In this document: in pieces, positions 57,185-64,000 of the stretch
Numbering within the stretch: the first letter of the stretch is position 1
Layout of the letters: every line of letters begins with the position of its first letter
Assembly (NCBI GenBank): GCA_035636595.1
Contig: DASPYU010000017.1
Span: 64,040 to 128,039, forward strand
Direction of reading: 5' to 3'
DNA length: 64,000 nt
From: Thermoplasmata archaeon
GTDB lineage: Archaea > Thermoplasmatota > Thermoplasmata > RBG-16-68-12
Made by a program: the position numbers and the translations under genes
The notes under the pieces: model-generated
Databases searched by the model: none
Seen by the model: the letters and a program-made list of their open reading frames with translations, nothing else
Told to the model about the DNA's origin: nothing

Positions 57185-58240
57185 TCAGCGGGCGACCGCG
57201 ATTTTTTCTTTCGTCCGCGCGACCTCTTTCTCCCGGTCGGCCTCGCTCGGCACGAACTGGACGTGGGGGTACGCGAACTGGACCCGCGGCTCCGCGAGGA
57301 ACCTCTCGTAGATCCGCTTGACGAGGCGCGTGCGGTAGGAGCCCTTCGCGAAGACCGGGCAGAAGTAGACGAGGCTCAGGTCGATCGAGGACGCGCCGAG
57401 GCTCCAGCCGACCTTTGGCTCTTCCGCCATGTAGTCCGCGAGGTCCGCGAACTCGTACTTCGCGCGGAGGTGCGCCCGGTTCTCACGCATCATCGGTCCG
57501 ACGATTTCCTCCGCGGCATCGAGGAGGATCTTCTCCGCGAGCTTCATGTCGCTCTCGTAGGTCACGTTCACGATGAGCTGATCCCAGACGAACGGGGTGT
57601 CCTTCGTGTAGTTGAAGACGTTCCCCTTCAGGATCTGGCTGTTCGGGATCGTCACGTATCGACCCGTGAAACTGTCGCCGTACAGGAGGCCGCCGAACTC
57701 GCGGAGCGTCGTGTTCATCGGCGAGATCTCGACGACATAGCCTCGCGTATTGTTCATCTCGATCCGGTCCCCGAGCTTGTAGAGGCCCATCGAGACACAC
57801 ACGATCCAGCCGACCACGTTGAGGAGCGGCTCCTGCATGACGTAGATCAGCGCGGCGGACACGAACGCAGTGCCGAGGAACCCGAACTGCTGCGCGCCCC
57901 CGCCGATCACCACGAAGAAGACGAGCGCAATGACGACGCCCCAGACGACGTAGGAGACGAGCTGGAAGTGCGCGAAGATGTCCGCCTCGTATCGGACGTG
58001 GCTCTTGAGCGCGGCGCGGAACACGGGGCGCAGGACCTCGAGGAGCGCCTTCGTGGCGACCAGGAGGGGGATGATGAAGACCCACGGCTCGAAGGACGCC
58101 AGGTATTCGGGGGAGCCTTGGGGGAATCCGGGGATTTGCACGACCCCGGCGAGGGCCAGGATGAACGTGAGCACGATCGCCGCGATGATGACCCAGAGGA
58201 GGGCTCGCGCTTTCCGCCAGTCGTTGACCTTCACTGACAT
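57185..58240 (-). CDS. Small-conductance mechanosensitive channel (MscS family)
   Basis: YKLGDRIE, G.VVEI...T.L and TIPNS....VFNYT. Confidence 0.9.
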   Translation of the reverse strand: MSVKVNDWRKARALLWVIIAAIVLTFILALAGVVQIPGFPQGSPEYLASFEPWVFIIPLLVATKALLEVLRPVFRAALKSHVRYEADIFAHFQLVSYVVWGVVIALVFFVVIGGGAQQFGFLGTAFVSAALIYVMQEPLLNVVGWIVCVSMGLYKLGDRIEMNNTRGYVVEISPMNTTLREFGGLLYGDSFTGRYVTIPNSQILKGNVFNYTKDTPFVWDQLIVNVTYESDMKLAEKILLDAAEEIVGPMMRENRAHLRAKYEFADLADYMAEEPKVGWSLGASSIDLSLVYFCPVFAKGSYRTRLVKRIYERFLAEPRVQFAYPHVQFVPSEADREKEVARTKEKIAVAR

Positions 58241-58374
58241 CAACGACCGGCTCACGCGTTATTTAATCCCGGTGGCGAGGTTATCAGGGATGAAAGGCGA
58301 CGCGCCACGATCGCGGCCGGCCACCGAAAAGTCCTTTGAGACGGGGCGCTTCGGCGAGGCGCGGTGGGCGGGAG

Positions 58375-59310
58375 TTGGCGGAGCCGATCATCGATGTCCG
58401 GGGGCTGAAGAAGGCCTACGGGGACATCAAAGCCGTCGACGGTATCGACTTCGCGGTGCGCGCGGGGGAGATCTTCTCGCTCCTCGGGCCGAACGGCGCC
58501 GGCAAGACGACGACGGTCGAGATCCTGGAGGGGCTGCGGGACCCGACCGCCGGGCAGGCGCGCGTCTTCGGCCAGGACGTGCGCACGGGATACGGCCAGA
58601 TTCGCGAGCGGGTCGGTGTGCTCCCCCAGGACTTCGAGCCGTTCGACCGCCTCAAGCCTCGGGAGGCGATCCGCTACTGGGCCGCGCTGTTCGGGCGGGA
58701 CATCGACCGCGAGCGGGTCGACTTGCTCCTCGACGTCGTCGGCCTGAAGGACCGCGCGGACTCTCTGGCGATGACCCTGTCCGGCGGCGAGAAGCGTCGC
58801 CTGGGCATCGCGATGTCCCTCGTCGGTCAGCCGGACCTCGTGTTCCTCGATGAGCCAACAACGGGACTCGATCCGGCGGCGCGGCGCGAGCTCTGGGCGC
58901 TCATCCGAGACCTCAAGGCCCGCGGGAAGACCGTCGTCCTGACGACCCACTACCTGGACGAGGCCGAGCAGCTTGCGGACGAGGTCGCGATCATGAACCA
59001 CGGGCGGATCATCGCCCGTGGGACGCCGGCCGATCTCATTGCGCGGATGGGCAGTGGGACGACGATCGTCCTGTCCGGCGCGGGCCAGGCTGCCGTCGAC
59101 GCGCTTGCGGCCGTCGGGATCAAATCGGAGCTCGAAGACGGCAACGTACTCGTCCACGTGCAGACCGCGACCGACCTTCGTGGCGTCTTGGCGCGCGTCA
59201 CGGCGATCGACGTGCCTCTCGGCGAAGTCTACACGAAACGGGGAACCCTCGAGGACGTCTTCCTCAAGCTCGTCGGAGCGCGCATGCGGGAGGGGGAGCT
59301 CGCCTCATGA
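58375..59310 (+). CDS. ABC-2 type exporter ATP-binding protein
   Basis: GPNGAGKTT, LSGGEKRR, LDEPTTGLDP and TTHY. Confidence 0.93.
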   Translation: MAEPIIDVRGLKKAYGDIKAVDGIDFAVRAGEIFSLLGPNGAGKTTTVEILEGLRDPTAGQARVFGQDVRTGYGQIRERVGVLPQDFEPFDRLKPREAIRYWAALFGRDIDRERVDLLLDVVGLKDRADSLAMTLSGGEKRRLGIAMSLVGQPDLVFLDEPTTGLDPAARRELWALIRDLKARGKTVVLTTHYLDEAEQLADEVAIMNHGRIIARGTPADLIARMGSGTTIVLSGAGQAAVDALAAVGIKSELEDGNVLVHVQTATDLRGVLARVTAIDVPLGEVYTKRGTLEDVFLKLVGARMREGELAS

Positions 59311-60410
59311 ATCGCGTCGTCGCGGATGTATGGGCGTTCGGGACTCAGTTCATCCGATCTCGGGTCGGTGCCTTCTTCGCCCTTGCCTTCCCGCTGATCC
59401 TTATTCTCCTGTTCGGCGCGATCTTCAGCGGGAGTGGGACGAGCGTCGTTCCCATTTACGTGCAGGATTTGGACCGGACCAACGAGAGCTTCCGGTTCCT
59501 GGACACGCTGAACCAGACGTCCATCGTCCAGTATCATGCGATTCCCACGAACTTCCTCATCACGGACTACATCCGCTCGAACTCGATCAACACGGCGCTT
59601 CTGATCCCGGCAGGCTTCGGGGATGCGGTACGGCGCGCGCAGGCCAACGACACCACGGCCCACGTCAACGTGACGCTCTACGGGGATCCGACCCAGGCCA
59701 CCTATGGGATCGCGGTGGGTGCGGTCAGCGCCGCCGAGACGCAGCTGAACTTCGAAATCGCGCGACGGCCCCCGGTCGTCGGCACGGAGTCGGAACGGAT
59801 TTCCGTTCGCACGCTGACGTACATCGACCTCTTCCTTCCGGGTGTCATCGGCTTGACTGTCCTGACCAACCCGCTGTTCGGGATGACGAACGTGTGCGCG
59901 GAGTACCGCACGCGAAAATTCTTCAAGTTCCTCGCGACGACGAAGCTCTCGAAGGGCGAGTGGCTTGCCTCGAAAGTCATCTGGTACTCGATCCTCATGC
60001 TCGCCTCGACCGCGATAATGTTCGTCGTCGAGCGTGTGGCCTTCGGCGGCTCCGTGGAGATCACGCCTCTGTCAATCGCCTTGATCCTTGCTGGGACGTT
60101 CGAGTTCACGAGCATGGGGATGATCCTCGGCCTCTACGTCCGGGACACCGAGACGGCCGCCGCCGTTGCGAACGCGATCGGTTTTCCCATGATGTTCCTC
60201 GCGGGGTCCTTCTTCCCCGTCGACACGATGCCGCCAGCGCTGCAGTCCCTCGCGCGGGTGCTACCGCTCACGTACATCAACGAGGGCTTGCGGGCTACGA
60301 TGGTCTTTGGCAACGACGGGACCGCGTTGCAATACTTGCTCATCACGCTGGTAATCGGGCTGGCACTGTTCCTCGTGCCCGCAAAGGCTCTGTCTTGGAA
60401 AGCGAAGTAG
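59307..60410 (+). CDS. ABC-2 type exporter permease
   Basis: TM, extracellular loop, Y..F.LPG, FLAGSFFP...MP and PLTY. Confidence 0.9.
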   Translation: MNRVVADVWAFGTQFIRSRVGAFFALAFPLILILLFGAIFSGSGTSVVPIYVQDLDRTNESFRFLDTLNQTSIVQYHAIPTNFLITDYIRSNSINTALLIPAGFGDAVRRAQANDTTAHVNVTLYGDPTQATYGIAVGAVSAAETQLNFEIARRPPVVGTESERISVRTLTYIDLFLPGVIGLTVLTNPLFGMTNVCAEYRTRKFFKFLATTKLSKGEWLASKVIWYSILMLASTAIMFVVERVAFGGSVEITPLSIALILAGTFEFTSMGMILGLYVRDTETAAAVANAIGFPMMFLAGSFFPVDTMPPALQSLARVLPLTYINEGLRATMVFGNDGTALQYLLITLVIGLALFLVPAKALSWKAK

Positions 60411-60461
60411 GGTGCATCGGATTCCCCGCCACACCGCACCGTCGGCGAGAACCAGGACCGT

Positions 60462-61661
60462 CTAGATGAATTCCGCAAACTTAGCGACGAGTTCCGGCCG
60501 CGTCTCCTTGAGCACCTTGAGGATCGCGCGGACGCTGAGCTTGTGCACGCCGACCTTCGCGAGGATCTCGATGATGTCGTCGAACTCTTTGTCGGAGAGT
60601 GTCACGAGCTTGTTCTTCGCGAGCCAGTTGCGGTACAGATTCTCCTCGAGCTTCGCGCGCCATCCCTTCTCGTACTCCATGAGCGCGGCTTCGGCGAAGT
60701 CGCCGGATTCGTTGCACTTCGCGAGGACGTTCCCGAGGATCATACCTGCGACCATGCCGTTCCCGATGCCCCCGCCCGTGATCGGATCGATCATCCGCGC
60801 CGCGTCGCCGACGAGGGCCATCCCGTTCCCGACGGACTTCTTGATGGGCGGGGCGGTCGAAACGCCTCCCGTGACCATGTCGAGCGGCTGTGCATGTTCC
60901 ATCCGAGGATCTTGCTCAATCCAGCGGTCGAGGAATCCTTTGATGTCCATTCGGCTCTTCAGGCGGTCGAGGGAGACGCCGATCCCGACGTTCGCGGTGG
61001 ACTCGTCCTTCGGGAAGACCCAAATGTAGCCTGCGGGCGCGCACTTACCGAGCCAGAACTCGCAGTAGTCCGGAAAGTCGTGACCCTCGCCGATGTTCGT
61101 GAGGCGGTACTGTAGTGTGCCCGTGATGTCTCCGGCCCGCAGGAGGGTCTTGAACCCGGCCCAGCGGCCCACCTGGCTCTCGTAGCCGTCCGCCGCGACG
61201 ACGCATTTCGCCTCGATCGTCAGCTCGTCCTCGAGGCGCTTCGCACGGATCCCGCGGACCCAGCCGTCGTCCTTGACCACCGCCGTGGCGGTCGTCTTGA
61301 GCCAGATGTCCGCGCCCGCCTTCGCGGCTTCCTTGGCCACGGCCTTGTCGAACGCGTCCCGCTCGAGGACGATGCCTACCTCATTCCCCGCGTGGGCCTC
61401 CTCGATCGTGAGCTCCGTGCCGTTCGGGGAGAAGATCTTCGCACCCTTGACTTCGCGGCCCACCCACTTCCGGTCAAAGGGGAGCTTCGTGTCCTCGACG
61501 AAGTGGCGGGCCAGCCCTTCGCCGCACCGAACGGGGGAGCCGATCTCCTGGCGCTTCTCGATCAGCAGGGTCTTGCAGCCGCCCATCGCGGCGTAGCGTG
61601 CCGTCATCGAGCCGGATGGACCGGCGCCGACAACGACGACATCGTACTGGTACGAAACCAT
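60462..61661 (-). CDS. Digeranylgeranylglycerophospholipid reductase (GGR)
   Basis: GAGPSG, PVRCGEG, PAGYIWVFP and GDAA...DPITGGGI. Confidence 0.92.
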   Translation of the reverse strand: MVSYQYDVVVVGAGPSGSMTARYAAMGGCKTLLIEKRQEIGSPVRCGEGLARHFVEDTKLPFDRKWVGREVKGAKIFSPNGTELTIEEAHAGNEVGIVLERDAFDKAVAKEAAKAGADIWLKTTATAVVKDDGWVRGIRAKRLEDELTIEAKCVVAADGYESQVGRWAGFKTLLRAGDITGTLQYRLTNIGEGHDFPDYCEFWLGKCAPAGYIWVFPKDESTANVGIGVSLDRLKSRMDIKGFLDRWIEQDPRMEHAQPLDMVTGGVSTAPPIKKSVGNGMALVGDAARMIDPITGGGIGNGMVAGMILGNVLAKCNESGDFAEAALMEYEKGWRAKLEENLYRNWLAKNKLVTLSDKEFDDIIEILAKVGVHKLSVRAILKVLKETRPELVAKFAEFI

Positions 61662-61801
61662 CCTAGCACCGACAAAGGCGGCGGTTCATCGACTTGCGAT
61701 ATAAGAAATTACCTCGGCGCTCGGCCGCTGGCACCGAGTCGTAACCCGGAGGATACTTTGAACCCGCCCGAGGTGTATGAGCGCGCCGGAGGGGACGTCG
61801 C

Positions 61802-62242
61802 ATCCGCCACGAACTGCCACGATGCGCCGTGTGCGGGGACATGGACATTCTCCTCCTCGGGAAAGGCATGGTGCGCTGCCGGACGTGCGGCGTGGTGCCG
61901 GGACCCGCGAAGGCAGCCTGGACGACGGCGATCGGTCACCTCGCCGCGCGGATTCTCATTCTGTCGGCCGCGGTAGCGGTCGCCGATGTGCTCGTCGCCG
62001 TCATCGTCGGCCGAGGGAATGTAGCCGGAGCGTACTCGACGGTCGTGTTCGTCTCGGGCGTGGCGATCCTAATCCTTGGCGGCGTGAAGGGCGGCGCTCC
62101 CCGAGGGTCTGGGGTGTACACATCCGGTAGCGAGGTGCGCGCTCGGTTCGGGCGGACGAGTCCGAGCCTGGATGCGGCGTTGCTGCTCGGAGGGCTCCTG
62201 CTCATCGCTGTGGGTCTGATTGTGCACTACACGATTGGCTAG
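61802..62242 (+). CDS. Small zinc-ribbon membrane protein (start uncertain)
   Basis: In-frame CAVC...CRTC followed by three TM segments; the first Cys lies upstream of the first canonical start (61829). Confidence 0.55.
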   Translation: MRHELPRCAVCGDMDILLLGKGMVRCRTCGVVPGPAKAAWTTAIGHLAARILILSAAVAVADVLVAVIVGRGNVAGAYSTVVFVSGVAILILGGVKGGAPRGSGVYTSGSEVRARFGRTSPSLDAALLLGGLLLIAVGLIVHYTIG

Positions 62243-62244
62243 GG

Positions 62245-62487
62245 CTACTTCATCGTGTGGAGCTTGTGGCCGCGGGGGTAGTCGATCGCCCCGACCGGGC
62301 AGACCTTGACGCACATGCCGCACTGCGTGCAGTCCTCGTTGAACGTCAGGTAGACCTCGTTCAGGAAGATCGCGTTCGTCGGGCACGTGCCGACGCAGGC
62401 TCCGCAATGCATGCAGAGCATGTCGTCGATCGCCATGATGCCGTTGTCCCGGACCGAGGGACGGATCGACACCACTTGCTCAGGCAT
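62245..62487 (-). CDS. 2[4Fe-4S] ferredoxin
   Basis: CMHCGACVGTCP and CTQCGMCVKVCP. Confidence 0.92.
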   Translation of the reverse strand: MPEQVVSIRPSVRDNGIMAIDDMLCMHCGACVGTCPTNAIFLNEVYLTFNEDCTQCGMCVKVCPVGAIDYPRGHKLHTMK

Positions 62488-64000
62488 GCCGCGACCGCCA
62501 CTCCTCGATCGGCACCGCGAACTTCTTCTCGATCTCTTCGCGGAAGTTCGGCCCCGTGTTGTACGCGCAGAACGGGATGACCTTGCCGTCGGGCGTGGCG
62601 TAGTGGATGACGCAGCGCTTCACGCGCTCGATGTCGTAGTTGTAGTTGTCCTGGAAGTGCATGCCGCCCACGTACATCGTGGACCAGGAGAACTCTGCCG
62701 CGCCGGCCTTGTCGCCCTTCGTGAACATCCGGTTCAGGATCTTCAGCATCTTGGCGAGGCCCATGCCCTCGGGCGCCTCCTCCGGCTTGAAGTGCCGCTT
62801 CAGGAGCTGCAGCGCCTTGAGCTTCGACGTGAACTTGATCTTCTTGTCCTTCGTGTCCTGCGCCAGGAGCCAGAGGTCCTCCATGAGGCCCTCGACGTCG
62901 ATGAACCGCGTGATCGGCACCGGGTCCTTCCCGTTCTCGAGGAACAGGTACGACGCGAGGCCGCACGCCGGGTGCGACGTGAAGGAGGGCTTCGCGGTGT
63001 CCGTGAGGACACTCACGAGCTCCGAGATCGGCGACACGAAGGGCACCGGGTACCAGTCGTCGCGCGTGAGGTAGCCCGTCTGCTCCTCGAGGTCGTACGC
63101 CAGGTCGCTGAGGGTGTATCGCAGCTTCCGGCGGTCTTCCTCGGGGATGCGGCCCGTCAGGCTGACCGGCTGGAAGTTGACGCCCTTCACGACGTCGCGG
63201 TTCTTGATCGCGTAATTCAGGATCTCGCCGGCCTGGTCGTCGTTGAAGGAGTTGACCATCGTCGGCACGAAGCAGATTGTCGGGGTGATGACGCCGCGCG
63301 CCTTGCGCTCGCGGACGCGCTCGATCACCTTGAGTTTGATGTCCAGGAGCGGCCGGCCGCGGGCCTTGATGTAGTTCTCTTCGCGCAGGCCGTCGAACTG
63401 CAGGTAGATCGTGTTCAGCCCGGACTCCGCGACCTTGTCGAGGAATCCGTCCTCGGTCGCGAGCCGGATGCCGTTCGTGGCGACTTGGACCTGGGCGAAG
63501 CCCATTTCCTTCGCCGCCTTCACGATCTCGGGGAACTGCGGGTAGATCGTCGGCTCGCCGCCGGCGAACTGGATCGCCGCGACCGGGATCGGTCGCTGGG
63601 CGCGCAGCACCGCGAACTCGTAGACGATCTGTTCGAACGTCGGCTCGAACACGTACCCGGCCGCGTTCGCGTTCGCGAAGCAGATCGGGCACTTCAGATT
63701 GCATCGGTTCGTGAGGTCGATGTTGCAGAGCGACGTGGCGGAATAGTGGAGGTTGCACAGGCCGCATTCGTACGGACACACCTTCGCGTCCACGATCTGC
63801 GGGTTCGCAAGCCCGACTCCGTCGAAGGCCCAGTTCTCGGCACGGAGGTACATCTCCGCATCGGACCAGCACACCTCGTCGAATTCGCCGTGCTCCTTGC
63901 ACGTCTTCTTCATCTTGAGGGCGCCGTCGCCGATGTAGAGTGTGGCGGGGATGACCTTGAGGCATTCCGGACACAGCGATCCGGTGCGGCGGGGTAGGCC
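62480..64000 (-). CDS. tes: Tetraether lipid synthase Tes / GDGT-MAS (radical SAM), 5'-truncated by window edge
   Basis: SLCPEC, KTC..HG, CPYECGLC..H, CNLKCPICF, HPACG and MHFQD.YNYD.ERVKRCVIHY...IPFCAYN. Confidence 0.9.
   Translation of the reverse strand, partial: GLPRRTGSLCPECLKVIPATLYIGDGALKMKKTCKEHGEFDEVCWSDAEMYLRAENWAFDGVGLANPQIVDAKVCPYECGLCNLHYSATSLCNIDLTNRCNLKCPICFANANAAGYVFEPTFEQIVYEFAVLRAQRPIPVAAIQFAGGEPTIYPQFPEIVKAAKEMGFAQVQVATNGIRLATEDGFLDKVAESGLNTIYLQFDGLREENYIKARGRPLLDIKLKVIERVRERKARGVITPTICFVPTMVNSFNDDQAGEILNYAIKNRDVVKGVNFQPVSLTGRIPEEDRRKLRYTLSDLAYDLEEQTGYLTRDDWYPVPFVSPISELVSVLTDTAKPSFTSHPACGLASYLFLENGKDPVPITRFIDVEGLMEDLWLLAQDTKDKKIKFTSKLKALQLLKRHFKPEEAPEGMGLAKMLKILNRMFTKGDKAGAAEFSWSTMYVGGMHFQDNYNYDIERVKRCVIHYATPDGKVIPFCAYNTGPNFREEIEKKFAVPIEEWRSRHA

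Noticed and set aside
1..64000. CRISPR arrays, rRNA, SRP/RNase P RNA, intact transposases
   Set aside because: No spaced repeat arrays or conserved signatures seen.

Overview
GC-rich archaeal chromosome segment, most consistent with an uncultured Thermoplasmata lineage (inferred from gene content). Housekeeping genes include aIF6, TBP, Alba, Sec61beta, pus10-rpl21e-rpoF-DUF655, rpoE'-spt4-dpck-rps24e-rps27ae, AspRS, gcvPA/PB, a membrane PPase, ApgM and a tes-ferredoxin-GGR lipid locus. These are interspersed with accessory detox, transport and cell-surface genes. Non-coding elements read directly from the sequence are tRNA-Ser(CGA), a box C/D sRNA whose D guide fits C34 of intron-containing pre-tRNA-Met, and a complex tRNA-Arg(CCG) locus. 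At that locus one tRNA-Arg gene lies in two halves about 1.3 kb apart, with an orphan ORF and a second, divergent, complete tRNA-Arg(CCG) between them. The 3' half also serves as the att site of a decayed ~0.9 kb integrase element. No rRNA or CRISPR array was seen. Product calls come from motif recognition only; no searches were run.
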